In this document: positions 38,341 to 49,900 of the stretch, piece by piece
Position numbering within the stretch: position 1 is the first letter of the stretch
How the letters are laid out: each line of letters begins with the position of its first letter
Sequence record: PP968062.1
Origin: Pseudomonas phage HPP-Temi
Reading direction: 5' to 3' (one strand)
Length of the DNA: 64,000 bases
Position numbers and translations under genes: made by a program
The notes under the pieces: model-generated
Told to the model about the DNA's origin: nothing
The model's database searches: none
What the model saw: the letters and a program-made list of their open reading frames with translations, nothing else

Positions 38341-39411
38341 TTATTCGTCGACAGCCGGAGTTTCAGGTTCTACCGGTTCATCTTTGTTGATCAGATCTTT
38401 CCAATCTTGCAGCCGTTCATGGAAGTGGAACAGCGAATGGATTTCGCGGTTCAGCTCACCAACACGCGCCGGATGGAAGATAGTCTCGTCATTGGTCTTT
38501 TCGAAGATCTTACGTACAATCTTCTTGGCCAGGTCTTTGTAATACGGCAGGAGTTCTTCTCGACCCAAAATCACCTCTTTGATAATTTGGGTTTCAGCGT
38601 ATTGCTCCAGTGCCACTTCCAGATCAAAGGCAGCCGGTTCAACAGGTTCTTCGTCAACAGAAGATTGTTGTACAGCATCGCCGCTTTCATCGTGCTCTTC
38701 CCCAGGGATAGTTTCCGGAGGAAGATGGCCGCTGTCCTCGGCTTTCTCTTCAAGTACATCTTTAGCTCGCAGAGCTTCGTGGGCTTGAACAGTATCAATG
38801 ATGAATTGAACTTGTTCATCAATGGGAGCCGCGCCGTCAATTACCTTAGTCGAAGGACTAAACTTAATCTGAGCGTATGCGTTGTTAACACGAGTTTGGT
38901 AAACTTCGTCAGCTTCATAACGATCCAGAGAACGACCACTGTTAACCATACGTTCTTTCCGTACTTCCTCAGGAGTTTCCAGATAGAAGCACAGCGGTTC
39001 AGGAACACCATCACCGATAACATGCGGCATTATACCCATGAACAGATCTGCCAGATTCGGATTGGTGTCCAGATAAGGAGCTACGTTCAAGCACCAAGTA
39101 GAGAAAACAAAGCGATCAGATACAACCCATTTACCTTCATTCAGAGATGGCTTGACGATATTCTGGATATTCTGTCGGCGATATGCCATATGCAGGAAAA
39201 TATCTGAAACTGGGTCAATCTTTTCTTCACGATGTTTCAATAGAACAGTGCGAATCTCTTCAGCCATTTCCGTTCCACCCGGTTCACGAAGAGCCACGTG
39301 GTCGATACCATCAGCTTTGAGTCGTTCAATAAGAGCACGATGCAGAGTGGATTTACCAGAGAACTCGGGGCCTTCCAGTACGATGAAATTGCGGCTAGCG
39401 GTTTGGGACAT
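38341..39411 (-). CDS. tmk: Thymidylate (dTMP-family) kinase with ~150-aa acidic C-terminal extension
   Basis: Start moved to MSQTASRNF (AGGAAAcaaa-ATG). P-loop IVLEGPEFSGKST, LREPGGT and the lid region align to Tmk. The C-terminal half is acidic and low-complexity. Confidence 0.8.
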   Translation of the reverse strand: MSQTASRNFIVLEGPEFSGKSTLHRALIERLKADGIDHVALREPGGTEMAEEIRTVLLKHREEKIDPVSDIFLHMAYRRQNIQNIVKPSLNEGKWVVSDRFVFSTWCLNVAPYLDTNPNLADLFMGIMPHVIGDGVPEPLCFYLETPEEVRKERMVNSGRSLDRYEADEVYQTRVNNAYAQIKFSPSTKVIDGAAPIDEQVQFIIDTVQAHEALRAKDVLEEKAEDSGHLPPETIPGEEHDESGDAVQQSSVDEEPVEPAAFDLEVALEQYAETQIIKEVILGREELLPYYKDLAKKIVRKIFEKTNDETIFHPARVGELNREIHSLFHFHERLQDWKDLINKDEPVEPETPAVDE

Positions 39412-39451
39412 TTTGTTTCCTGTATTTACACAAAAATGAATTGGAAAGAGT

Positions 39452-39469
39452 GGGGCTCCGTAGAGCCCC
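39452..39469. terminator. hairpin ggggctc-cgta-gagcccc
   Basis: 3' of the virion-block gene, 5' of tmk. Confidence 0.5.
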
Positions 39470-39475
39470 AATCGA

Positions 39476-39895
39476 TCAGGTATTTACTTCTTCGAACAGC
39501 TGGTTGATATGAGCGCACACACGCTTCATCTCAGCCGAGTTGGTCTTGGTTGCAACAGTAACGACAGTGTGGTCTTTACCTTCACGACTGAAGATGCCAG
39601 CCACCGTGGAATTGGTGGTACCCATGTTGTAGTTAAAGCCGATCTCAGAAAGATCCGGATTTTCCTTCATGCGAGTTGCAGCTTGTTCACCAGCAACCAG
39701 GGTAACGCCTGCCAGGAGTTCACCCTCCAGACGTTCTTTCTTCTTCAGCTGATCAAGGCTGATACCAGCGCCACCCAGGACAACCGACTCGTAGAGATCC
39801 GAGGGGATGTCGAAGGTATTGGCTTCACCGAGAATCACCTTCTCGCGGAGTTTGTGTTCTTCGATGAATGCAAAGCTCTTCAGATCTTTAGACAT
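39476..39895 (-). CDS. hypothetical protein
   Basis: 139-aa ORF. Confidence 0.4.
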   Translation of the reverse strand: MSKDLKSFAFIEEHKLREKVILGEANTFDIPSDLYESVVLGGAGISLDQLKKKERLEGELLAGVTLVAGEQAATRMKENPDLSEIGFNYNMGTTNSTVAGIFSREGKDHTVVTVATKTNSAEMKRVCAHINQLFEEVNT

Positions 39896-39954
39896 GTGAG
39901 TATTTCCTTGTGAAAGTTTGATGTGTTGGTTTTGAGGGGTGGTTCAAATACAAC

Positions 39955-40155
39955 CTACTCTACTGTAAATTCCTTACGGTCATGAGAGGCTGTAAGAGAA
40001 GCCATTGTATTACGCTCATCGAAGATACGCCTGGACATCGCGACCAGTTCTCCAAGTCGAGGTAGAGGCATCATACGCATGTCCGATTCATCGAACTTCG
40101 CGCCGCCTCCAAGACAGGGAGTTTCCCAACAACAGGAGCAATCAGAGAGAGCCAT
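39955..40155 (-). CDS. hypothetical small protein
   Basis: 66-aa ORF. Confidence 0.25.
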   Translation of the reverse strand: MALSDCSCCWETPCLGGGAKFDESDMRMMPLPRLGELVAMSRRIFDERNTMASLTASHDRKEFTVE

Positions 40156-40164
40156 AACGATTCC

Positions 40165-40659
40165 TTAGACCATACGTGCCGGAATACCGAAACGAGTAAT
40201 CAACCTGACCGGTTGATCGATGTCTTCCACTACATGTACATCCACGCTGACGTAACCGTCGTATTGCAGACGTTCATAAACGCTCTGGGTGATCAACGGC
40301 CAGAACTTCTTATCGGCTCCGAACAGAGTCTCGATATGGAAGGTCAGCCGGCCATTATTACCAGTTGCCCAGTTTTCGGGTTCGGCCATTGCACGACCGA
40401 TCTTACCCATGATGCCTTCAAGCATATTGTAGAAACATGGAACAGTTGCGCGGAGCAGACGAGTGGCGGTAGACGAATGGCATAAGCCGTGAATACCTTC
40501 TTCGATGTGTTCCACTTTGGCTTTGCCTCCTGTACCAACGGCATAGTCTATCTGTTCTTGCAGAGTGTCACCGAGAGTAGTATGTACATGCATGTTGCCT
40601 TCGGAATCACTGACCACGTAAGTATAAGGTTTATTGTGGTCGATATTCTGTTCTTTCAT
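40165..40659 (-). CDS. hypothetical protein
   Basis: 164-aa ORF. Confidence 0.4.
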   Translation of the reverse strand: MKEQNIDHNKPYTYVVSDSEGNMHVHTTLGDTLQEQIDYAVGTGGKAKVEHIEEGIHGLCHSSTATRLLRATVPCFYNMLEGIMGKIGRAMAEPENWATGNNGRLTFHIETLFGADKKFWPLITQSVYERLQYDGYVSVDVHVVEDIDQPVRLITRFGIPARMV

Positions 40660-40818
40660 TTTTTACTGCCTTCTATTAAAAGGAATTAACTTGTCATTTA
40701 CGATATCATTCTCGCGAATGGATAGATTGTTAGCTGTTACATGATGATACCCTCAAGATATTAATCTCTAATGCATAACTGTGATATAGATTTCAAATTA
40801 TTTTTAATGGAACATAAA

Positions 40819-40836
40819 GCCTCCCCGAAGGGAGGC
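40819..40836. terminator. hairpin gcctccc-cgaa-gggaggc
   Basis: Identical core to the 6252, 6610 and 43928 copies. Confidence 0.6.
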
Positions 40837-40843
40837 ATTTATA

Positions 40844-41428
40844 TTAGTTACCTTCGTAGGTGCCTTCAGTGCCTTGTTCTTGGCGACGAGCCAGGCGAGC
40901 ACGAATCACTTCACGAGCAGCCTTCATGTGGAACAGAGCCTTCTCGTTTTCTTCACAGGCGAACTTACCTTCTTGGAAACCTTCGAACACGATGATCGAA
41001 GCAGTCAGCAGGTCTTCGACAGTTACGCCGTTAACGCCAACTTCCGGGATCACACCATTCTGAAGCAGGATTACCAGTTCCAGTTTATTATCACCCGGTT
41101 CAGCAGCTTTGTTGCTAGCTGCATCGAAACCAGAGATCACGATACGCTTAGGAGCACCAGACAGTTCATCAATGCCGTAAGCATCGATAGTCTTGCCACC
41201 GGAGCTACCCGATACCTGACCATCTTCCATTTGTTCAACGGAGATGTCGATAGTGGTGCTTACACCAACGCCATCGGGTTGCGATTCAGCATTAGCATTG
41301 TCTACATCCAGATTGCCTTGGTCGAGGTCTTTAACCTCGGTTTCAGATTCAACCTTAGTGACGTCTACCGGTTGGGCAACGCCGTCCTGGCTCTCTACAC
41401 CGAGAGCCCATTCCAGACCTTTCATCAA
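40844..41428 (-). CDS. hypothetical acidic protein (possible virion protein)
   Basis: 194-aa ORF. Confidence 0.4.
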   Translation of the reverse strand: MMKGLEWALGVESQDGVAQPVDVTKVESETEVKDLDQGNLDVDNANAESQPDGVGVSTTIDISVEQMEDGQVSGSSGGKTIDAYGIDELSGAPKRIVISGFDAASNKAAEPGDNKLELVILLQNGVIPEVGVNGVTVEDLLTASIIVFEGFQEGKFACEENEKALFHMKAAREVIRARLARRQEQGTEGTYEGN

Positions 41429-41434
41429 TTCACC

Positions 41435-41977
41435 TTAGGAGTAGCGGACTTTAACGAGTTGCAGAAGCAGCTCTACAGCGTAGTTACCGTCGGCTTTGGC
41501 GATACCCGGCATTTGTGCACGGATGCCAGCCATGGCGGCAGCTTTGCGCTTCAGAATATTGCGTTCTTTGCCGTTCTCGATTTCAGCTACCTCGTAGATC
41601 AGTGTATTGACGGCGACGTTCTCAATGGAAGCATTGATACGAGCACCGGCGGTGTATTTGCGAACCAGTTTGCGCAGTTCAGCCTCCAGGTTCTGGCCAC
41701 GATATTGCTCGGCGTCCAGATAACCAGTTGCCAGTTCAGCGAAATTACGAACACCCGATTTACCAACCAGGAGATTGGTCAGGGTATCGACAGGCAGAGT
41801 GGCAGCCAATTGAGCCAGGTCGTTACCTTTTACTTCAGCGCGGGCCAGTTCCAGAACGGAGTCAACACCGAGGAGTTTCAGAGCGATTTTACGAACGATA
41901 GACATTATTGCGTTTCCTTTGTTAGAAGCGATCAGAAGTTTGTGCGAAGGAAGAGACCGTACGAGCGACCTCACCAT
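41435..41977 (-). CDS. hypothetical protein
   Basis: 180-aa ORF. Confidence 0.4.
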   Translation of the reverse strand: MVRSLVRSLPSHKLLIASNKGNAIMSIVRKIALKLLGVDSVLELARAEVKGNDLAQLAATLPVDTLTNLLVGKSGVRNFAELATGYLDAEQYRGQNLEAELRKLVRKYTAGARINASIENVAVNTLIYEVAEIENGKERNILKRKAAAMAGIRAQMPGIAKADGNYAVELLLQLVKVRYS

Positions 41978-43898
41978 CGAGAACCCAAGACATCAGGTTC
42001 GAAGGACTACGCCAGGATTTGAAACTCTGCACTGCACGAGTCAGGTTCAAGTTCAAACGTTTACCAGCGTAATAGAAGTCAGCCCAGGATTGTGAAGTTA
42101 GAGTCGACACGTAATCTTGGAACAGACTTTGTTCATCCCACACCGCTCCATCAGTAAGAGCAAGCGCAGTAGCAATACCACCGTCACCACCTACAGCTTC
42201 ACCAGCCGTTGCTGCTACAGCACGACCAGCAGTACCCAACCAGCTCGGACTAGCAAAGCCAGCCTTAAGAGGGATGTGCATCAGCTTAGATAGATCTTTA
42301 ACGCTGAAGGTAACTTCACAGCCAAGCATCTCATGCTCGGCGTTCCAACCTACGTTACCAACACCACGACGGATTTGAATACTGTCTACGATCCCCAACT
42401 GTCTCTGCACTCGACCTTTATGGAAGATCTGACAGATGAACGGAGATGTGTAGGCACTTCGACCAGCTGACCTTGGTAATCCCATTGGGAGAATCATGGC
42501 AAGTGGTACGTATATGTTCATGAACCTGGATATTTTATTTCCATACGGGGAGATCAACTGTACCGTGTAGGAAGCAGATGGTAGAGATGCCATCGCGGAT
42601 TCCCAGTATTCAGGAGCATCTACGAATGCTGCGCCTGCAAGGGTTTCTAGACCAGACAAGTTAACTGAGTCTAACGCGCCAGAAACAAAACTTTTAACCA
42701 TTTCAGTAACTGCACCAACCCCTTCAGTAATGTTACCACCCATGAAGTCGAAGGATGCAGCGCGACCTTCACCTACTTTCGTGTTCAGTGTTTGTACAAC
42801 ACCTACGTCACGAGTAGTGTTAGTGAAGGATTCGGAAACTTCGCCATTATAGTCAACACGGAATGTAACGAACTGAGAGCCGTCACGTTGTGCACCTACA
42901 ACGAAGTCGTATACGTTTTTGAGTTCACCCCAACTGGAGAAAGACTCGGTATCAATCACACCATTCTTTTCAGAAGGCTTCTTATCAGCTTCAAGATACT
43001 TCAGGAAGTAATCACGAGAGTCAGCGCCAGGTCGTGGGTCGCTAACAGCTTTAGCCATTTCCGATTCAATGCCACTACGAAGCTCCGCTAGAGTACGAGC
43101 TTTCTCAGCCATTGCTCGCATGGACTTCTGCGCTTGGTCAGACATCCGCTGCGTACGGCCAGCCAAAGACATTACGTCTACACCGCCATCAGGACGGAAG
43201 AACCCAGGGAAGATCTCATGCATACGCCTAACGTCATCCAACCCTACACGATGACCAGGGTCTTCAAGAGGACGTTGGGTATCATCGAGGATACGGGGAA
43301 CCATACCCATGGCAATTGCAAATTCGTTAGCCAGTGTGTTTACGGCAGACCAATACGCGTGCATAGTTGGTTTGAAGTAGAACCACTTAGAAGGCTGTGA
43401 TTTAGTCAAGAAGCTAATAACTCGGGATACGCCAGTTACCCCAAGGATGAACGGTTGCAGCGGCAGAGTGATGAAATAACCAGTAACGTTACCTAGGTTA
43501 TACCAAAGGTCAGACGTAACGCCAGTGTTAGCTAAGCCAGCTGCGGAGCGATCGTAGAAGTTGGTGAAGAACGATAGCCAGCTCGAATAACGAGGGACAC
43601 CGAACGACATATGGACTTCTTGTTTGGTATCATCATGAGCTTCGGAATAATACCGACCCATACCCAAGAAACGATCTTCATAAGTGCGTCCCCGACCCGG
43701 TTGACGGATATCGGCGTAGCGAGTGTACTGTGGGAGCGGGTTAATAGCGTAGCTACCACCCAGCGACGTGTTTGTGAATTTGAAAGCAGCCGAGTTAGCA
43801 TAGCGCCGTTTGGTTTGAGAACCGTAAGAGTTCTTGTTATCGTTGATCGGTAACAAGAAGGCTTGGCGCAACCAAATAGGCTTAACATCTGTTGCCAT
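41922..43898 (-). CDS. large hypothetical protein (658 aa; possible virion/internal protein)
   Basis: Long ORF adjacent to the giant lysin-domain protein. Confidence 0.45.
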   Translation of the reverse strand: MATDVKPIWLRQAFLLPINDNKNSYGSQTKRRYANSAAFKFTNTSLGGSYAINPLPQYTRYADIRQPGRGRTYEDRFLGMGRYYSEAHDDTKQEVHMSFGVPRYSSWLSFFTNFYDRSAAGLANTGVTSDLWYNLGNVTGYFITLPLQPFILGVTGVSRVISFLTKSQPSKWFYFKPTMHAYWSAVNTLANEFAIAMGMVPRILDDTQRPLEDPGHRVGLDDVRRMHEIFPGFFRPDGGVDVMSLAGRTQRMSDQAQKSMRAMAEKARTLAELRSGIESEMAKAVSDPRPGADSRDYFLKYLEADKKPSEKNGVIDTESFSSWGELKNVYDFVVGAQRDGSQFVTFRVDYNGEVSESFTNTTRDVGVVQTLNTKVGEGRAASFDFMGGNITEGVGAVTEMVKSFVSGALDSVNLSGLETLAGAAFVDAPEYWESAMASLPSASYTVQLISPYGNKISRFMNIYVPLAMILPMGLPRSAGRSAYTSPFICQIFHKGRVQRQLGIVDSIQIRRGVGNVGWNAEHEMLGCEVTFSVKDLSKLMHIPLKAGFASPSWLGTAGRAVAATAGEAVGGDGGIATALALTDGAVWDEQSLFQDYVSTLTSQSWADFYYAGKRLNLNLTRAVQSFKSWRSPSNLMSWVLDGEVARTVSSFAQTSDRF

Positions 43899-43927
43899 TT
43901 TGATTTCCTTTTTAAACGGAAAATAAA

Positions 43928-43945
43928 GCCTCCCCGAAGGGAGGC
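43928..43945. terminator. hairpin gcctccc-cgaa-gggaggc
   Basis: Lies between the 658-aa gene and the 2263-aa gene stop. Confidence 0.6.
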
Positions 43946-43952
43946 TCCATGA

Positions 43953-46900
43953 TTAAGTTAACGAGAGTGGCGACGGACGATTACTCGCGGGCGCCGATCT
44001 CATCAACGTGGAGGTCATACTATTATTTCCCCCACTACCGGTTTTTGCAGTCTCTTGCGTACCACTGGACTTTTGTTCGTTCAATTGTACCAGACGCTTG
44101 AGATGATCACGCATCTCAAGCAACGTCTTCAGTTGTTCAGCTTGGATGTCATCTACCTGCTGAGCCTTCTCGTTATTACGACGTATTTCGGCTTGACGTG
44201 TAGAGTTCTGTTGCTGGGCAACTTGCATAGCTGCTTCTTGTTGAGCTTGGACTACTGTGTTACCCGAATCGGCAGATGGGTTAGCGCCACTTGTAGTAGC
44301 ACCACCAACTGGCGACATCGGTGTAATACCTGGCAATACCGGAGTCTGCGCAGCAGCGCCGGTAGCGCTGTACGCTTCCTCACGAGCAACAGCATCTTTA
44401 CCAGCCTGACCGTTGTCTTCACTATTCCAGAGTTCAGCAGCAGATGCCTTAGCGTTAGCTTTGGCTTGTTCCTCTGTTGCCTCCTCAGTAGTCATGTTCT
44501 TACCAGCTTCTTGCGTGGCTACAGAGCTACCTTCTGCACCACCACGATGCTTCGCAATCTTCTCTTCGAACATCTGGTAGATTTCCCCGAGGGTACGAGG
44601 TTGGCCACCTTTCTTGTAGAAGATAGGACGGTTAGCGGATGCAGCTTCAGGGAATACCGATGCACCAATAGTGTCTTGATTACGAGTCAAGAACTTACGA
44701 GCGCCGCCAGGACCCATGAAGTGAGCAATGTACAGGTCTACGTCTGTCGGATCACGACCCAGTGCATCTTTCAGGAAGGTGTAGTTATCCTTAATGAAGC
44801 ACGCACCCATCAGGGCGTTGATACGTGGATCAAGACGTAGGCTACGAGCACCGTCGTCTGGCGGAATACCGAACTTGGAGCCATGTTTCTTCAACATTGC
44901 GTCCCAGGTATCATTGATAAACTGGAACCAGCCGGTAGCAGACGATGTCTTAGCTTTGACGGTGTAGTCGAAGTTAGACTCAAGAGATGCGAAGATGAAC
45001 AGGAGTTCTACAGGGATACCAACCATAGCTGCAACAGCTTGGAAGGTTTCGGCAGCAGCCTGACGAGACTTATTAGCTTTCGGATACGGAATCTGTTCCC
45101 ATGCACCACCGTTACCCTTCGTCAGGGTTCCGTAGGTTTTACCTGTAGCAGATACTTCACCGGCCAGACCAAGTTTGTACTTAGCACTTGCAGCAGAATC
45201 AGACACGTAGTCTATCGCTTCAGATGCTTTCGCCTTGGTGCTACCCCATGCATTACTTACGGTCTCTTTAGCAGAATCCCAAGTATTCGAAATGGATGCC
45301 ATTGCCCTCTCGGCAAAGCTACCACCTGCTGCGGCACTTTGAGTACCAGCTGCTTGGTCACCCGCAGATTGAGTTGGCGTAGACATGATGTCTTTGCTTG
45401 CATCTTTCTTGAGTTGTTCCAAGTCGGCTTCAGCCATTTTCTTGAGATCGTCTTTACTTCCTTTAACGGGGAAGAGGGAATCAACCTGCCATACACTGGC
45501 ACCATCTGTGTTAGTGGTACCCAGTACAGCATTACCTACAACAACTGCATCACTAGGCTTGAGTTTAGATTCCATGTTCGCAATGGTAGTACCTTGAGTA
45601 GTCCCGCGCATAGCACCGTAATAGGCACGTGCAACAGGCATGAAGCGACCAACGAACCAGTTGTAGTACGTTGCACGATCTTCATCATTACCCACGATAT
45701 CTTTACCAAACAGCGGAGCCGTTTCTTGCAGGATCGATTCTAGGTCACCACGGAACTCAGGAACACCTCCCTGCATGGATAGACCATTGAACACCATCGA
45801 TTCAGCATTCAACAGCGGATACACGTTGAAGAAGCTAAGTACTTCTAAACCGTAAGCACGCATCCGAATGGATTGTAATGCAGTCAGCTTAGTAGTAGCA
45901 GCTGCGGTAGCAACAATAGGAGCACCAGTAGAACCACCTAACCCAGGGAATGCTTTCTTAGCAGCAGCCAGAGGCATACTAGCTTTGGAAGGATCCATTG
46001 GACTAGGAGCGGTCTTACCAGTTGCAGTGTCAGCAGCTTTCTTAGCAGCGTCTTTAGCTTTATCAGCTACAGTCGTACCAGCGGCACCGCTTACATCCTT
46101 ACCTTCTTTCTTCTCGCCCGCTTTATAACGAACAAACAATGCTTTCCAAAGTTGATCAGCTGCCGGAATGGTATCTTCCAATTCACCTTCTTCAGAGAAC
46201 GGATCAACACGGTACTGCATCGGCGTATCACCCGACGTAGATACCTTAACAGCTTTAACCAAAGCACCTTTCAGTTCCTGAGGGAACTTATCATCGATCT
46301 CAACGAGTTTAATTTCATTCTTCTTGAGCTTAGCTAGAGCCTTAACCCAGGTCAAGAAGATCGGACGGAAACGAAGTTCCATCCAACGAGACATCCGCAT
46401 TACTTGGACGTCATTCTTAACATCGATGCCGAGGATATCTAGGATCGCTTTACCACCGACACCATTGATATTGAAATCAGGTTGTTCAGTGCGTTCGGTT
46501 ACCCGATCGAAAGCATCTTCCAGAGCTTGTACTTTTTGCTGTTGGTCGTGATCAGTGATACCGTATTGCAACATGCGAAGACGTCGGAACTCTGCCTTGT
46601 TATCGTTCATTTGACCGAAGATCGGTTTCAGAATGTAACGAGATGTCAGTTGGCCCAATGGGTTAAGACTCAGAGTAGTCAGGAGACCCGTCTGTTTAGC
46701 GTCCATCCCATCTTTGCTATAACCGTAAGCCATAGCGCCTGTACCAACCGCAGCAGCTGTACCACCAAGTAGCCAAGGAGCAGCACGTTTGGCCAGACCC
46801 ATAAGTCGACCTTTAGCACCACCCTTCATACCGCCGCCCATCAGTACGTCAAACGCACCCGAGCCTTCTTCGCCTTCAGTACCAGTAATCTTACTGAAGA

Positions 46901-49900
46901 TGCCTTTCAGTCCATCTGACAAACCTTTCAGAACTTTGTTTTGAGCTTTCTCAGATCCATCTTCTTTACCCTTCAGCTTATCCATCAAGCCACCAACGCC
47001 TTCTTTGGCTTTAGCAGCTTTATCCTGCCAGCTACCAACACGGAGCTTCTCAGGAACTTGGGTTTGCAGAGTTTCAAGGATACGTCCGAGCAACATCTGA
47101 TCAGTAGTTTCAAAGTCTTCGTAAGGAACCCGTTCGAATAGACGACCGAGAACCGAACCACCGGCATTTGCAAAACCACCGAGTACTTTCTTAGCAGCGC
47201 CGCCGTAGAACTTACCAGTCTTCTTCATTGCCCAACCCATGTACTTCATGGAAGCATCGATGTACTTGGAGCGAGCAGCTCGGAAGCCACGCCAGATCGT
47301 CCGACGGAAAATCCCTTTGTTCTTAGCGAGGATGTGTTTAGTACCATCGTAGTTACGGAGTTCTTTGTACTGAGACGGATCTAGTACAGGTTCACCCTGT
47401 TCGTTGTAGATGGGACCGTAAACGTCACCGAAGTTTTCGATAACCCTACCTTTCTCATCGAAGTACTTACCAGCGTTAACTAGTCGACGTTCGAGTACAG
47501 GTACGTTATCTCCGGGAAGGTAGGCATTTTGTGTTTCGATAGCGAAGTTGAACAGAGCCGAACCCATACCGATGGCAGTCTTAGCACCAAACTTCAGTGC
47601 AGACCAAGCCAGAGTGGAAGTGTTCGTAGCCATGAACTTAGCGCCCCAGCCCATCGCGTTAGCCAGACGACGACCAGTCTTAGTCAAACGCCAGCGTTTA
47701 CGAGTAGCACGGGACCAGAGTCCACTAGCCAGTTCTTTAGCCGTAGCTAGAATAGAACCGTTCTTATCCAACAGATCACCCTTGATGTCTTGCATCGAAG
47801 TAATCTGTTCACCGTCGGAGTTATAGTACTCACCATTCTTCAGGCCTTTAGCCGTAATAATGGGTTCTTGTTCTCCATCTAAGTGCCAGTCAAACTTATC
47901 GTCTTCAGTAGCTTGTTGTTGCTGAGGTGTAGTACCCTCAGAGAACTGCTGAGCAGGACTGTTCTGTTGGCCCATCAGAGCACTACGGATTTTAGCCGCG
48001 GCATCCATCATAAAGGCAGGAAGCTCTAGACGCATTCCTTTACTATCGAACAGACCTTGAGCAGCTTCAGAAGCAGTCAGAACTGTTACGCCGGTTGCTG
48101 TCACTACTTTACCGGTAATGTCTTGGACAGATTCAATAACCTTCTTGGTATTAACGTCTACCAGGTTACCCTGAATAAAATCGATACCTTTAATGATCGG
48201 TTCAGTTGGATTGAACTTCGTGAACACGTCCATGATCTTGGCTTTCTGTCCAAGCGCGAACTGGGTAGGATCCTGTTGGAACTGATCCATATGTTCCCCA
48301 AACTTAGCCTTAGACTTAGAATAGAGATCCTGGCCCATGATACTCGCATCATTCCAAGCACCTTGCATACCAGCTACATACGGACCGAATTGACCATTCT
48401 GCATGTTGCTTGCAAAGTTCTGGAAGCCTTCACCGTATTTACCCTGCATGTATTGGAACTTGCCTTGGGCGATACGACTATAGCGAGAGAGTTCTTCTTT
48501 GACACGAGCTTCTTGAGGAGCATGCTTATTACGGAAGCGGCGCATTGCATTCAGAGCGTTAGCTTTGGCTGCGCCAGGATAAGCCGGACCATAGAAGTTC
48601 TTGTCGTTCACGTCACCTGATGCTTCCGGCTGGTATCCACCTTCCGCCCATGGGTTAGTATCAGTTACGCCAGAGCGCATGATTTCCCAAATGCGGTTAT
48701 AGTTGATACGGTCCTGTCCCTGTTCAGTGACAATGATACCAAGCATCCGAAGAGGCTCAGTTTGACCAGCGTTGATCAGGCGATGTACTTCTTTAACAGG
48801 ATCACGGCTTACCGAACGAATGTCCAGGAAGGCACGAGAGTATTCATCCCGTAGACGATGGTTGTCAGCATTGTCTGCCATCTTACCTTTATCGTCGAAC
48901 TGGAACTTACCTTTAAAGAAACGTTGTAGTTCATCAGTGATGTTAATGTCAAGACCGTCCATATAACCACCAGAGCGGATGTAAGCTTCTGGATCGAAAC
49001 GACGGTTAGTGGACGCATCCCTCAACATACGTTCAGCAAGGGCCTTACGAGCATCAGGGGAGAGTTTTCCTTCCTCATCCATCTGATCGATAGCATCGTT
49101 AATAGCGCCGCTAGCACTGCGGATAGAGGCAGCAGGAATGATCTTCTTCTGGAGACGATCATCTGCTTGCGATTGTACTTCGAAACGACCTGTAGTGATG
49201 TCAAAGACTTCACGCTCAATATCGTCACGACCAGTACGGATCATACGCAGTTCTTGTAACTGACGAGACAGGTAACCAGGGATGACTTCAACGATACTAC
49301 GTTGGGTCAATTGGTTAAAGGCCGCACCTTGATCAATTGTTTGATAGTTTCCGTTTTCCAGACGATCATTCAGATGGAACTGAGGAACGAATGGCATAAT
49401 AGCATCGCGCAATACACCGCGGATACCGTAAGTGTTCTGGTAGTTGTTAACGTATTCTTGCAGGAATGCCGGAACGTTGTCCAGTGCATAACCTACCTGA
49501 TGATGACGTCCACCGAAACGGTTGGAAAGCTTTTCCATGGTAGGACGTACTTGACGACCAGCCCACGGTACAACGGACGACTTGAGGAAATCTGCACCCA
49601 GCTCGCCAGCGAACTGACCAGCAATGCTGTAACGATTATCCCAAGCAGAACCACCTGCCATATCACCCATTCGAAGACCGGCCACGATCTCAGAGAGACG
49701 ACTACCGATGTTCTTCGATACACGATCGTTAACTTGGTTACCATAACCACCTAGGAAACCATGAAGGCCTTGAGCAGCACCTAGACCCAACCGGCCTAGC
49801 ATATTGCCACCACGACCTTTCGCACCGAAGTTAGTCAGTTCACCAATATTACCTTTCTTATAGTCAGGTAGACCAGTGTTACGGACCAATGCTTCAAATG

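Noticed and set aside
40874-42022. Long plus-strand ORFs inside the virion block and the giant protein (40874..42022, 44055..44840, 44883..45743, 48057..48620).
   Set aside because: Antisense to long, compositionally coherent minus-strand genes. Typical GC-skew shadow frames.
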